Shown here piece after piece: positions 1 to 10,614 of a DNA stretch of 59,196 bases. A program made the position numbers and the translations under genes. A model generated the notes under the pieces. The model did no database searches, was not told the origin of the DNA, and was given only the letters and a program-made list of their open reading frames with translations. Source of the DNA: Micavibrio sp. (GTDB lineage Bacteria > Patescibacteriota > Minisyncoccia > Moranbacterales > GCA-2747515); contig DYDB01000001.1 of NCBI GenBank assembly GCA_020718085.1, forward strand, positions 329,575 to 388,770. The letters run 5' to 3'. The stretch's first letter is position 1, and each line of letters starts with the position of its first letter.

Positions 1-65
1 TCACGATTGTAAAAAGGCATAACGGCACTGATCTTTGGGTTTTTGCTGTGTGAAAATTCTGTCAT
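1..65 (-). CDS. glycosyltransferase family 2, N-terminal fragment (gene continues beyond window edge)
   Basis: Minus-strand ATG at 63-65 opens MTEFSHSKNPKISAVMPFYNR..., a typical GT2 N-terminal start. Only 21 codons are visible. Confidence 0.45.
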   Translation of the reverse strand, partial: MTEFSHSKNPKISAVMPFYNR

Positions 66-80
66 ATGTCAAAATGTATT

Positions 81-923
81 TTATACGTGATCTGTTTTGA
101 TGAATTTACGCACAACAAGCCCTCCCCATGCACAGCCAAATTCACATGTTTTCATAAAAAGCATGCCTATGCCCAGAAATGGATTTTTGAAAAGTTTGAT
201 CGGGTGTGAAAAATAGAGTCCATAACGATATAACACGCTTGATTGTTTTGAATAATTCTTTTTATTTTCATGTCTATATCCATAGCGATCCATATGACGC
301 CCATAATAATATTTCTTTTTACATAGCTCATATAAATGCAAATTTCGTTCATTGTGATAGATCATATCTGATATCGAAGCAATGGCATTTTTGCCGAAAT
401 GATGTTCTATGCGTTGCGGCAGATCATAATCTTCCCCACCGGTCACATGTTCATCATAACCATTCATTTTCTCATATACGCTTCGTTCAAAAAATCGCGC
501 TGCCTCCATCCATCTCACGCCAATGTAAAAACGTCGTTCCAATCTCTTGCATTGCGCCCAAAAACCCACGCCGAATGATTCTTCGGGAATCACAACGGCT
601 TTGACAGTGGGGTTATTTTGACACAGTAGAAGTGCATTTTTGATCACATCTTTCGATAGCTCCATATCGGAATCGATAATGCATATATATGATCCGGTTG
701 CGTGTTTTACACCAAAATTTCGTTGTGCACTGCGTTCCGGACCATGGACATATATATGATCGGTGTATTTTTTGGCAATTTTTTGTGTTGCATCTGTAGA
801 AGACTTATCCACAATGATGAGTTCAATGTTCTCATATGATTGTGAGGTAATCGATTTCAAACATGCCTCCAAATATGACGCGGAATTATACGTTGGTATG
901 ATCACAGACACTTTATCTTCCAT
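81..923 (-). CDS. glycosyltransferase family 2
   Basis: 280-aa ORF. The N-terminus VSVIIPTYNSASYLEACLKSITSQSYENIELIIVDKSSTD and the IDSD (DxD-like) motif are typical of GT2. Confidence 0.9.
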   Translation of the reverse strand: MEDKVSVIIPTYNSASYLEACLKSITSQSYENIELIIVDKSSTDATQKIAKKYTDHIYVHGPERSAQRNFGVKHATGSYICIIDSDMELSKDVIKNALLLCQNNPTVKAVVIPEESFGVGFWAQCKRLERRFYIGVRWMEAARFFERSVYEKMNGYDEHVTGGEDYDLPQRIEHHFGKNAIASISDMIYHNERNLHLYELCKKKYYYGRHMDRYGYRHENKKNYSKQSSVLYRYGLYFSHPIKLFKNPFLGIGMLFMKTCEFGCAWGGLVVRKFIKTDHV

Positions 924-968
924 GCTTTTTTAGATAATGAATTTATACATTTCATCCATTTCATTATA

Positions 969-2108
969 TCATTCTTTCTCCCCGCTAATCTCTGCCCTGA
1001 TAATACGCATAAAATCCCGATAACATTTATCAAAAGTGATCTTTTTGCTCCACATCCACGCATTTCGTCGCAAACGATCATACTTTTTTCTGTGTTGTAG
1101 TATTTTCAAAACATTATTGGCAAGATTTTGCGGTGTATTTTCTTGGCAAATGATCCCGGTTTCATTATGACGCACACTGTCACAAAGCCCATCAACATTA
1201 TAGACCACGGCAGGCGTACCCTGACTATTCGCTTCTGTCACGATCAATCCCCACCCCTCTTTAATCGACGTTACGGCAATCACATCTCCTCGGCGCATGA
1301 TCTCCTGCTTTTTTTCTGGCGAAATTCGACCATACATCGTAATATCTTCGGCATAAGGTGAATTTTTAATTTTCCGTAACATTCTTGTGCCGTACGAATT
1401 ATTCGTACAACCAACAATGACCATCTTCAATTGTGGCATTTTTTTCTTTGCGATCTCAAAGGCGCGAATAATGTGGCCCGTGCGTTTCATCGCACGCACA
1501 TTGCCAAAACTCAGCAGGATCGGCTCTGCAATACAATTTTTTTCCTCAATATACGATGCGCACGAAATATCTATGCCTTCACTGATAATATGAATGCGCG
1601 AACCCTTAAAGCCAAATCTCTGCAGATCTTTCTTTGTGCTCGCCGATATGGTGATGACGGTATTTTTGCGCAAAAGGAACGTATAAAACGGCTCAATGAG
1701 ATATCCGATCACATTAAGCGGAAAGAAGATCTGATACAACCAAACTTTACGACCTAATTGATGATAAAAAAGAAGGCGTTTTTTTTCCTTAACATAATAC
1801 TGTGTAAAAAACGGGACAATATTTGCCTCTTCGATAACAATATCCGCCCAACCGACAAGATTTTTCTTGTAATATCGATATGCACACCAATATGCACTGA
1901 ATTGCCCGCCAACACGAATCACCTTATATCCATCGATCACATCTTCTTTTTGACACTCTCCATATCCGCCAGCCAAGAGAACCACCTCGTGCCCATCCGT
2001 AACAAGTCTTTTGCAAATTTGGTTTGTGACCACTTCCGCACCACCAGCAAACGGATGCGTCTGATCTTTCCATGTAAACCACAATATTTTCATTTTTCTA
2101 TCATTCAC
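969..2108 (-). CDS. glycosyltransferase family 4 (GT-B fold)
   Basis: 379-aa ORF with an N-terminal PFAGGAEV motif and a C-terminal EGWGLIVTEANSQGTPAVV (E-x7-E region) typical of GT4/GT1. An alternative start MKILWF lies at 2093. Confidence 0.85.
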   Translation of the reverse strand: MNDRKMKILWFTWKDQTHPFAGGAEVVTNQICKRLVTDGHEVVLLAGGYGECQKEDVIDGYKVIRVGGQFSAYWCAYRYYKKNLVGWADIVIEEANIVPFFTQYYVKEKKRLLFYHQLGRKVWLYQIFFPLNVIGYLIEPFYTFLLRKNTVITISASTKKDLQRFGFKGSRIHIISEGIDISCASYIEEKNCIAEPILLSFGNVRAMKRTGHIIRAFEIAKKKMPQLKMVIVGCTNNSYGTRMLRKIKNSPYAEDITMYGRISPEKKQEIMRRGDVIAVTSIKEGWGLIVTEANSQGTPAVVYNVDGLCDSVRHNETGIICQENTPQNLANNVLKILQHRKKYDRLRRNAWMWSKKITFDKCYRDFMRIIRAEISGEKE

Positions 2109-2157
2109 TTACAAACATATTTATCCCTACTTTTTCCCCATTTGTCTTAAAAATATC

Positions 2158-3420
2158 CTACCGCAATTCGTCACGTTTGTCACCATGGATGATCTTATAC
2201 ATGCCCAATGTCACAACCGTCATAAATGACCCGATGATATATGACCACACCACAGCTTTAATAGACTCATGAAAGAGCATGATCAGTCCAATCGTCACTG
2301 TAAAGCCGACAACCGATGCACATATCAAACGCCTCTCGCGCAGCGCAATATAATACGTATACAAAACATTCACAAGCGAGACCATGACCATGTACATGCC
2401 AATAAGTGGCAATGTTTCAGCGAGAACCGTGTATTGCGCACCGATCATGATCGTAACGATCCACGCAGGCATGATAAAGAAAAAAGCAAAAATACTCATC
2501 GCTATGCACATCGTGATCCATAATGCTTTTTTGAGGATTGTACGATTTTCTTTTTTCTCTGCACGTATTTTGATCGTCGGCATGAGCACGCCGGCAACAG
2601 ATCCCGTAGCAAAAAAGATAATGCGTGCGATCATTGCAATGCCACTATACAATCCCGCCGTTTCCGGATCGAAGAAGAACTTCATGAAAAGCACATCTGA
2701 TGCATAGAGAAATGTAACATATCCAAATGAAAAAAGAATAAGCATGCCATATGCTGCCTCCTTACGAATTTCCGGTGTGATTTCAGCCTTTTCGTCAAGC
2801 GACAAACGAAACTCTCCACGCGTTTTGTACATCGCATACATAAGTGACAAAAAAGTTGCGATCGCAAGCGCACTGATCGCTCCACATACGCGTAAACCCA
2901 TATATACAAGGATCACACCAAAGATCACTCTGCTTGCAGAAGAAATAATATTTGATATAGATACAACCAAAAATCGCTCTGATCCGCGCAAATACGCACC
3001 ATAAAATGTATTGACCACATCCACAGATAAAATGAGTGCCAGAGGAAGAAATGGCAAGACCGAATCAAAGTGCAAAACATTTTTGAGGATCGGACTGATC
3101 ACAACAATGCCAATTGCATACACAACAACGATTGGCAACGCCAATGCAAAGATCCGTGACAATAGTGACACATATGCCGTAGAGCCATGATGCTTGTGAT
3201 TTGATACAATATTGATCGATATCGTGCCGCAGATCATCAAAAAGATTCCCATGAGATACGTGATCGACATGACTGTTGCAACCTCCCCAAAATCCTCCAC
3301 ACTCATCATGCGTACCATGATGGGGTGGTAGAGATAATTCAAAACAGCGGTAATGATGGAGCCGACAAAAAAGACGATGTTATTTTTGATGAACTTGTCA
3401 CGTAGTACTCTCTGGATCAT
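2158..3420 (-). CDS. polysaccharide/oligosaccharide flippase (Wzx/MOP-like polytopic membrane protein)
   Basis: 420-aa ORF that is hydrophobic throughout (about 12 helices) and sits directly upstream of two glycosyltransferases. Confidence 0.65.
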   Translation of the reverse strand: MIQRVLRDKFIKNNIVFFVGSIITAVLNYLYHPIMVRMMSVEDFGEVATVMSITYLMGIFLMICGTISINIVSNHKHHGSTAYVSLLSRIFALALPIVVVYAIGIVVISPILKNVLHFDSVLPFLPLALILSVDVVNTFYGAYLRGSERFLVVSISNIISSASRVIFGVILVYMGLRVCGAISALAIATFLSLMYAMYKTRGEFRLSLDEKAEITPEIRKEAAYGMLILFSFGYVTFLYASDVLFMKFFFDPETAGLYSGIAMIARIIFFATGSVAGVLMPTIKIRAEKKENRTILKKALWITMCIAMSIFAFFFIMPAWIVTIMIGAQYTVLAETLPLIGMYMVMVSLVNVLYTYYIALRERRLICASVVGFTVTIGLIMLFHESIKAVVWSYIIGSFMTVVTLGMYKIIHGDKRDELR

Positions 3421-3514
3421 AAACCAATACTGTATTGCTATTTTTTACATTGTTTTATTATACACCACTCAAATCAAAAAACCACTTGGGAGAACACTCT
3501 TTCCAAGTGGACCT

Positions 3515-3919
3515 TTACCACTCCAGATCATATTTCCTTCCATTGTGTTTATGCAGGATCTTTTTTAAAGTGTCTTTGTATAAAATGGGTCTCTGCGCAA
3601 GAAACTCCTCTGTGTAACAACACTTCTCACATACCGACATACCTGCTTCCACTTCCCTGACGATCGTTTTCAATTTTGCTTCGATCTCCTGCATGACACG
3701 CACGTCATCCGTGCCATGTTCCACGATCTTTTCCACACATTGGATCCATCCCTCGCCGGAAGTGCCACAACATAAGCATTGTGGCTGATCTTCCACATGC
3801 TGTGCACCAAGCGTATATGCCGGACGATATTCCACATCACCCACCACAACCGGCATCTTGAGAATCTTATCTTTTGTCTGCGCAAGTTCATTTTGCACTT
3901 GTCGTGGTATTTCTTTCAC
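3515..3919 (-). CDS. hypothetical Cys-rich protein
   Basis: 134-aa ORF with CLCCG and CEKCC clusters. I recognise no family. Confidence 0.5.
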   Translation of the reverse strand: MKEIPRQVQNELAQTKDKILKMPVVVGDVEYRPAYTLGAQHVEDQPQCLCCGTSGEGWIQCVEKIVEHGTDDVRVMQEIEAKLKTIVREVEAGMSVCEKCCYTEEFLAQRPILYKDTLKKILHKHNGRKYDLEW

Positions 3920-3943
3920 AAAATTACTTTAAATATATAATAG

Positions 3944-4348
3944 CTATTTTTTTGTTTCATATATAACACTAGCACCCAAACTCATGCCCTCACACACACG
4001 TCCGTTTTTTTCATAAACCCACGGACCTTTTCCCATCTCATAAATACTTCGCACTTCATAACAAGGATCAAGGCGTGATGCGATTAAACCACTAGGAAAT
4101 ATACTCCATGCAAAAGTAAGAATAATAAACATATAAAACAAACCTGTTATTATTTTTCTATCAAAAAAAGCTAGGATTGTAATCGCCATTAATAGCCAAG
4201 TAAGTATAAGAACATACACTGCTGTAAATAAATCTCTTTGCAATAGTCGAGAGATCATTTTTGTCTCAATCAAAACATATGTGACAAAAAATAATGTGCA
4301 AACAATTAGTATAAATTTACTTTTCTTCATAATCCACAAAAACCACAT
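3944..4348 (-). CDS. hypothetical membrane protein (about 4 TM)
   Basis: 134-aa hydrophobic ORF in a low-GC patch. An alternative start MKKSKF lies at 4330. Confidence 0.5.
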   Translation of the reverse strand: MWFLWIMKKSKFILIVCTLFFVTYVLIETKMISRLLQRDLFTAVYVLILTWLLMAITILAFFDRKIITGLFYMFIILTFAWSIFPSGLIASRLDPCYEVRSIYEMGKGPWVYEKNGRVCEGMSLGASVIYETKK

Positions 4349-4373
4349 GAAAAAATCAGCATCTCACATCATT

Positions 4374-5009
4374 TCACAAAATTCGTTTTAACAAAAACCT
4401 GCCATTTCTATAAAGATATTTATCTCCTCTTTTTTTGTCACGAGAAACTTTTTCCACATAAATATCACCTTTTTCACATACAACTTCATCATAATCAACA
4501 AGATCTTCGAAATCCACACTCATAACTGTAACTTTTTTCCCAGGTACACAAAATTCAATCTTTTGAATTTTCCAATGATCATTTTCAAGTTTATTCTTTA
4601 TATCAAGAATGGTTTTTTTATCAACTGATGCATCTATAATTTCCCTATCTAATATTTCTACTTCAGTATTCTTATTATTTATGGAATTCAACAATAAACT
4701 TAGCACTGTCCACATTAAAATAATAATCGTTATACATGATATTATAAAAATCAAAGATGATAGTGCCTTATTTAAGATTATATTTAATTGACTTTTATGA
4801 TTGATTTTATTTAGTGTCAATATGATTGAAATAATTATGAACCATCCCACACACCACTGCGCAAAAAAATTAAATGGCTCTAAAATACATGTATTTTGCG
4901 AAAAACCATCACCACCATAACTATAACAATAAATTTTTACACTTAATATACCCAGAAAACCAAAAATACCATGCAAAATATATGCCCATTTGATAATTTT
5001 ATTATACAT
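4374..5009 (-). CDS. hypothetical membrane protein (4 TM plus soluble C-terminal domain)
   Basis: The ORF track gives 4374..5042. The internal ATG at 5009 (MYNKIIKW...) avoids overlap with the leuS stop at 5032. Low-GC patch. Confidence 0.5.
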   Translation of the reverse strand: MYNKIIKWAYILHGIFGFLGILSVKIYCYSYGGDGFSQNTCILEPFNFFAQWCVGWFIIISIILTLNKINHKSQLNIILNKALSSLIFIISCITIIILMWTVLSLLLNSINNKNTEVEILDREIIDASVDKKTILDIKNKLENDHWKIQKIEFCVPGKKVTVMSVDFEDLVDYDEVVCEKGDIYVEKVSRDKKRGDKYLYRNGRFLLKRIL

Positions 5010-5031
5010 ATTTATTTTTATTATTGAGTAT

Positions 5032-7419
5032 TTACACAACAATACTGATCAACTTCCCTTGCACAAAAATGATCTTTTTTGGCTCTTTGCCTTCGAGATA
5101 TTTTTGGATCTTTTCACTTGCGAGTGCGGTTGATTTTGCATCTTCTTCTGTGATATCCGCACGTACTGTGATCGTGTCACGCACTTTGCCGTTTACTTGC
5201 ACAACAAGTGTGATCTCATCATCGACAATTTTTTGCGCATCATACTGTGGCCACTGCTCTTGTAGGATAAATGACTCATGTCCTAGTTGTGACCAGAGCT
5301 CTTGCACAATATGCGGGCAGAATGGTGAGAGAATGAGAAGGAATCTTTCCATATCATGTGCTGTCATGGATTTGTGTTTTTCCAGCGCATTCATGAGGAT
5401 CATCATTTGTGCAATAGCTGTATTGTATTTCATTGCGTTGATATCCTCCCCCACCTTCTTGATCGTTTGATGTAACACCTTCTCGATCTGTGGGTCACTC
5501 TCATCGGTAAATCCTTTACCAAAGAATTTCCACAGTCGTTCGAGAAATTTACGCGGACCGATCAAACTCTCCGTGCTCCACGCAACAGATGCATCAAATG
5601 GTCCCATAAACATCTCATACATACGAAATGTATCCGAGCCAAATCGATCGATCACATCGTCAGGGTTAATGACATTATTCCATCTTTTGGACATCTTGCG
5701 TCCATCTTCTGCCATAATGAGTCCCACGGTTTGCAATTTTTTATATGGTTCGTCATAGCTCACCGCACCGATATCATAGAGGAATTTATGCCAAAATCGT
5801 GCATAGATAAGATGCCGTGTCGCATGTTCCGCACCACCCACATAAAAATCCACTGGTGACCAATATTTTTCCTTATCCTTATCGATAATCGCCGTATCAT
5901 TTGTCGGATCGATGTAACGCAAATGATACCAACTTGATCCCGCCCATTGCGGCATCGTATTAGTTTCACGTCTTGCTTCTCCGCCACATGTAGGACACGT
6001 CGTATTAACCCAATTCTCAATCGCTGCAAGCGGAGATTCTCCCGTACCTGTCGGTTCATAATTTTCCACTTCTGGAAGCATAAGTGGTAATTCCTCTTCT
6101 GGCACAGGCACCACACCGCACTTTGCACAATGTATGAGAGGGATCGGCTCACCCCAATATCGCTGACGAGAGAACACCCAATCACGCAATTTGTAATTCA
6201 CGGTCATCTCACCACCGACTTTTTCCGTGATCATTCTTTTGGCTTCTTCACTCTCCATGCCATTAAATTCACCGGAATTCAAAAGTGCCCCCCCACCTGT
6301 ATATGCACTATCACTATCAATTCTTCCGGATATAACATCAATGATCGAGAGATCGTACTTCTTCGCAAATTCCCAATCACGCTCATCATGTGCAGGCACT
6401 GCCATGATCGCACCCGTACCATAATCTGCAAGTACATAGTCTGCGATATAAATCGGGATCTCCGCACCATTGGCCGGATTGATCGCCATCACACCTTCCA
6501 ACTTCACGCCGGTCTTTTCTCGTCCTTCCGTCGTACGCTCAATCTCTGTCTTGGTCTGTGCTTCCTTCTGATATGCCACCACCTCATCCCAATTTTTAAT
6601 TTTTAATTTTTCATTGTTCACTAATTCATGTTCCGGTGCTAGCACCATATACGTCGCACCAAAAAGCGTATCAGGACGTGTCGTGAAAACGTCTATTTTT
6701 AATTCTTCATTTTTAATTTTAAATTGAATACGCGCGCCCTCTGATCGTCCGATCCAATTGCGTTGCAACTCTTTGATATGATCTTGCCATTCTAATTTAT
6801 CGAGATCTGCAAGAAGCCTATCTGCGTAGTCCGTGATCTTGATCACCCACTGTGGAATCTTTTTCTTTTCAATCGGTGTACCACAACGCTCGCATGCGCC
6901 ATTTTCCAGATCTTCATTAGCGAGCCCCGTCTTGCACGATGGACACCAATTGATCGGCTCATTGGATTGGAAAACCAAACCTTTTTTGAACATTTGGATA
7001 AAAGCCCATTGCGTCCATTTATAAAATGCAGGATCTGTTGTAGAAATTTCCCTTTCCCAATCATAGTTTAAGGAGATCTTTTCCAATTGTTTTTTAAATG
7101 TCGCGATGTTTTGGTCTGTAGCAACTTTTGGATGTACTTTATTTTTGAGTGCATATTGCTCTGCAGGAAGTCCAAACGCATCCCACCCCATCGGGTGAAG
7201 CACATTGAAATTGTTCATTTTTTTGTATCGGGAGATCACGTCTGTTGCGATATATCCCTTCGGATGCCCCACGTGCAATCCGACACCGGATGGATACGGG
7301 AACATATCAAGAATGTAGAATTTCTCTTTTCCCGAGTCTTCTGTGGTTTTATACACATTGGCGTCAGTCCATTTTTCACGCCATTTCTGTTCTATTTTTT
7401 GATGTTCGTACCGTTCCAT
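5032..7419 (-). CDS. leuS: leucine--tRNA ligase
   Basis: 795 aa. Carries the class I HIGH motif (HVGHPKGY) and the KMSKS motif (KMSKR). The N-terminus YEHQKIEQKWREKW and overall collinearity match bacterial LeuS. Confidence 0.97.
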   Translation of the reverse strand: MERYEHQKIEQKWREKWTDANVYKTTEDSGKEKFYILDMFPYPSGVGLHVGHPKGYIATDVISRYKKMNNFNVLHPMGWDAFGLPAEQYALKNKVHPKVATDQNIATFKKQLEKISLNYDWEREISTTDPAFYKWTQWAFIQMFKKGLVFQSNEPINWCPSCKTGLANEDLENGACERCGTPIEKKKIPQWVIKITDYADRLLADLDKLEWQDHIKELQRNWIGRSEGARIQFKIKNEELKIDVFTTRPDTLFGATYMVLAPEHELVNNEKLKIKNWDEVVAYQKEAQTKTEIERTTEGREKTGVKLEGVMAINPANGAEIPIYIADYVLADYGTGAIMAVPAHDERDWEFAKKYDLSIIDVISGRIDSDSAYTGGGALLNSGEFNGMESEEAKRMITEKVGGEMTVNYKLRDWVFSRQRYWGEPIPLIHCAKCGVVPVPEEELPLMLPEVENYEPTGTGESPLAAIENWVNTTCPTCGGEARRETNTMPQWAGSSWYHLRYIDPTNDTAIIDKDKEKYWSPVDFYVGGAEHATRHLIYARFWHKFLYDIGAVSYDEPYKKLQTVGLIMAEDGRKMSKRWNNVINPDDVIDRFGSDTFRMYEMFMGPFDASVAWSTESLIGPRKFLERLWKFFGKGFTDESDPQIEKVLHQTIKKVGEDINAMKYNTAIAQMMILMNALEKHKSMTAHDMERFLLILSPFCPHIVQELWSQLGHESFILQEQWPQYDAQKIVDDEITLVVQVNGKVRDTITVRADITEEDAKSTALASEKIQKYLEGKEPKKIIFVQGKLISIVV

Positions 7420-7540
7420 AAATTTTGTAAAATTAAGTCAAATGCTACATTTATACTAGCGCAATCAACATAAAAAAACAAACTTACATCATGTATTTGA
7501 TACGAGTTCTAAAAAGTAAGAAAATCTGTATATTATTTCA

Positions 7541-7578
7541 TAAAATAAAACGGGAATGTATTTTCACACATCCCCGTT
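7541..7578 (-). terminator. rho-independent terminator downstream of the UPF0182 gene
   Basis: Minus strand reads aacggggatgt-gtgaaaat-acattcccgtt followed by ttttatttta. Confidence 0.75.
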
Positions 7579-7601
7579 GTTTCTCCTACAGCAACATCAC
7601 A

Positions 7602-10403
7602 TTATTTCTTGATGCCCTGTAAAGTGTTGATAATTTGACCAAGTTCTTCCAGAACCTGACCGGCTTCACCAAGTTTTCCTTGGCCTGTGAGCTCACAGTA
7701 CCGAGCATAGTTTTTTGCTGCTCGTGAGATCAATTCAGCATCACTGCCACTGATCTCATTGCGTTCGCCATCTGTAGTTTGCACCTCCTGTTGTACATTA
7801 TCCTCGTTTCCAATAACTTTTCTGAGCGCATCTTCAAAAGAAGTGCCAACAGCGAACTGATCACCGACCATAATGACAACCCGTTTGAGTTCCGGCATGC
7901 TCCCCTGACTCGCCGACAGAAAAATCGGCTGTACATAGAGTAACTGATGATCTGCCAATGGCAATGTGATCAGATTTGCAAAAATCACATCACTCCCCTT
8001 CGACTGCCACAGCGAGATTTGCCCTTTTAATACCTCATCCTGATTGATCTTGGTTCCAATTTGCATGGGACCATTTATAAATCGATCTTTCGGAAATGAA
8101 TACACCTGCAATTTGCCATAGTTTTCTCCATCACATCGACCAGCCAGCCATGCAACCATATTGTTGCGCTGATTCTTTTCATTTGGATTGGAATACGGCG
8201 TAAACGGCAAAATGAGCGCGAATTCTTCCTTGGTTTCCTCTGGGATCTGCATTGTCACATAATATGGCAACACGTCACCCACCTTATCGCTTCCGATAAA
8301 TTCTTTTGCAACACTCCACTTATCTTCGTTGTTATAAAAGGCAGTTGGATTGGTCATGTGATACCGTGCATAAATCTGACCCTGCGTACTGAGCAGGTCT
8401 TCCGGATACCGCACATGCTTACGCAATGCTTTTGGCATCGCAGATGCCGACTTGAACAGATCGGGGAAAATTTTCATGTACGTCTGAATGATGGGATCCT
8501 TCTCATCAAACACATAGAGATCAACTTCGCCAGAATGCACATTGATCACAACTTTGACAGAATTCCTGACATAGTTGATTTCTCCGCTTTTCTCAGAATA
8601 TGGGAAAAATTTACTTACCGTATAAGCATCCCATATGTAAAAGATCTTTCCATCTGCAATGACATGATACGGGTCATGATCATACTGCAGAAACGGTGCA
8701 ATCTTCTTTACACGCGTCGCAATATCGCGATCGAACATGATGCGCGTCTCCGGCGTAATCTCAGCGGAAGTGAGCATTTTCAACCCGTCGATCTCCCATG
8801 CAAATGCAAACTTACGAAACCACGAACCAACTGCAACGCCCCCTGTTCCCGTATATTGCGTTGTGATATTGCTCTCGTTTTGCGGAAAATCAAACTCCTC
8901 GGTCTTTGCATTGACAAAGACATGATCCTTCGTCATTTCCCCAAAATATACACGGGGCTCATCAATGCGCAAGTAATCGAACTTTGCAACAGGCGGAATA
9001 TCTTTGAGCCAGAAATCCGGCATCCCACCAGGTAAAAATTTGTTGACAGGATTGGCCACCATGCCAAACCCATGCGTGTAGAACAAATGTTTATTTTGCC
9101 ACGTCTTTGATTTGTCCGGCAACCTGTCATGATCCATTTCGCGCAGAGAACACATCAATTGTATGGATTTACCGTCATCATCATAGCGCACAACATCCAC
9201 ATCCGGAAACGCATAGTATGTTCGCATGATCTGTTTTTGTGAGTATATCGCGTTCAACACGCGAAAATCCCACAGGCGCAGTGAATCAAATGTTGCATGA
9301 TTCTTTTGTACAAGATCATCACCAATCTCTTCCGTAACCGGATAGAACACTTGTTGCAAATGATCATCAGTCAGACCATATGCCATACGTGTAAATTCAA
9401 TATTGTGCTTAATGTATTGATTCTCCTTGTCAATCTCATTGGATGAGACAACACTCCACTGGATAAACTCTGGCAATGCAACGACACCAATGAGCCACAC
9501 CACCACAAAAACGCACGCACTACCCGTTGCACACAAAATCGTAAGTTTTTGAGAGTGTGCGATAGCAGATATGCCAAACAGCACAGAACAGACGATGGCC
9601 GTTACGATCAGTGCCCAATAAGCCGGTAACTGCACATGCAGATCCGTCCATCCGGCACCAAAAACCGCACCCTGCGTTGAGAACAGAAGATTCCATTTCG
9701 CAACGAGGGCATATGCGATGACGACGATCATTAACCCGATACCGAGAATCGATAAATGTGTGAAGAGATTGAATGTTAATCGATCAACTTCATCCCGATT
9801 GCACATTTTCTTTTTCTGAAATACATATATGCTCCACACACCAAAGACTGCCACAAGGATACTTGAAAGTGTCTGCTCCATAATACAGTTGAAAATAGGC
9901 AGACTAAAAACATAAAATCCCACATCCTTGTGAAAGATCGGGTCAACAACGCCAAATGGCACTTGATGCTTGTACAACAAGAAATTCTCATATTGCGAAG
10001 CAACAAAGACACCGGCAACGACTGCAAGAAAAATACTGACAACATGCGCGATCAAAAAAATGTTCGGCGTGTCAATGATCTTCCTGCGTTGCACTGCAAT
10101 GATATTGATCAGAAAAAATACCTCTGTAACAATAAATGCATATGCAAAATACGTGCACATCGCCTGCAAAACAGTCCAATACCGTTGTGCATATTTCACT
10201 TCCTCAAACCACAGAGATGTCACCCAAACCGTCATGAGAAAATCTCCGACGATCAAAGTGATTACACCTGCGAAGATCGTGTAAACACTACGCCTCCAAC
10301 TGAGGGGAGAGATTTCATCCCCTTTCGCCATACTTTTATAACATAGGCGCAAAAAAGGCCCACATGCTAAAAGTAACACCACTGTAATGACAAATCCTTG
10401 CAT
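7602..10403 (-). CDS. UPF0182 family membrane protein
   Basis: 933 aa. The N-terminal polytopic region is followed by a large soluble part with motifs typical of COG1615/UPF0182: YVRNSVKVVINVHSGEVDLYVFDEKDPIIQTY...RYPEDLLSTQ. Confidence 0.85.
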   Translation of the reverse strand: MQGFVITVVLLLACGPFLRLCYKSMAKGDEISPLSWRRSVYTIFAGVITLIVGDFLMTVWVTSLWFEEVKYAQRYWTVLQAMCTYFAYAFIVTEVFFLINIIAVQRRKIIDTPNIFLIAHVVSIFLAVVAGVFVASQYENFLLYKHQVPFGVVDPIFHKDVGFYVFSLPIFNCIMEQTLSSILVAVFGVWSIYVFQKKKMCNRDEVDRLTFNLFTHLSILGIGLMIVVIAYALVAKWNLLFSTQGAVFGAGWTDLHVQLPAYWALIVTAIVCSVLFGISAIAHSQKLTILCATGSACVFVVVWLIGVVALPEFIQWSVVSSNEIDKENQYIKHNIEFTRMAYGLTDDHLQQVFYPVTEEIGDDLVQKNHATFDSLRLWDFRVLNAIYSQKQIMRTYYAFPDVDVVRYDDDGKSIQLMCSLREMDHDRLPDKSKTWQNKHLFYTHGFGMVANPVNKFLPGGMPDFWLKDIPPVAKFDYLRIDEPRVYFGEMTKDHVFVNAKTEEFDFPQNESNITTQYTGTGGVAVGSWFRKFAFAWEIDGLKMLTSAEITPETRIMFDRDIATRVKKIAPFLQYDHDPYHVIADGKIFYIWDAYTVSKFFPYSEKSGEINYVRNSVKVVINVHSGEVDLYVFDEKDPIIQTYMKIFPDLFKSASAMPKALRKHVRYPEDLLSTQGQIYARYHMTNPTAFYNNEDKWSVAKEFIGSDKVGDVLPYYVTMQIPEETKEEFALILPFTPYSNPNEKNQRNNMVAWLAGRCDGENYGKLQVYSFPKDRFINGPMQIGTKINQDEVLKGQISLWQSKGSDVIFANLITLPLADHQLLYVQPIFLSASQGSMPELKRVVIMVGDQFAVGTSFEDALRKVIGNEDNVQQEVQTTDGERNEISGSDAELISRAAKNYARYCELTGQGKLGEAGQVLEELGQIINTLQGIKK

Positions 10404-10406
10404 AAT

Positions 10407-10469
10407 TCAATCCTCCTGTTTGATTGTAGTACGTGATATACGATAACTTCCACAGAACAAATTGTACAT
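10407..10469 (-). CDS. possible 20-aa upstream ORF in the UPF0182 leader
   Basis: GAGGAGGA lies 9 nt before the ATG. The product is MYNLFCGSYRISRTTIKQED. Its TGA lies inside the SD (caggaggaTTGAatt) of the main gene. Confidence 0.3.
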   Translation of the reverse strand: MYNLFCGSYRISRTTIKQED

Positions 10470-10549
10470 GTAATTGATCCTCCTCAGATCTGTAAATTTA
10501 TAATGAACGTAGACATAATGTCCAAAAATTGTCATAAAAATGACCCTTC

Positions 10550-10578
10550 ATTATAGTACAATTTTACTAATTTGTCAA
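10550..10578 (-). promoter_or_regulatory. sigma70-type promoter for the UPF0182 transcript
   Basis: Minus strand TTGACA, 17-nt spacer, TATAAT. This leaves a leader of about 140 nt. Confidence 0.6.
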
Positions 10579-10614
10579 ATATACCACCGCTACACATTTT
10601 GTGTAAAAAGAAAG

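Noticed and set aside
7420-7601. Possible T-box leader upstream of leuS
   Set aside because: The region is only about 180 nt and is largely taken up by the terminator of the upstream gene. I saw no T-box sequence (AGAGA...GGUGGUACCGCG-like) and no specifier-loop architecture.
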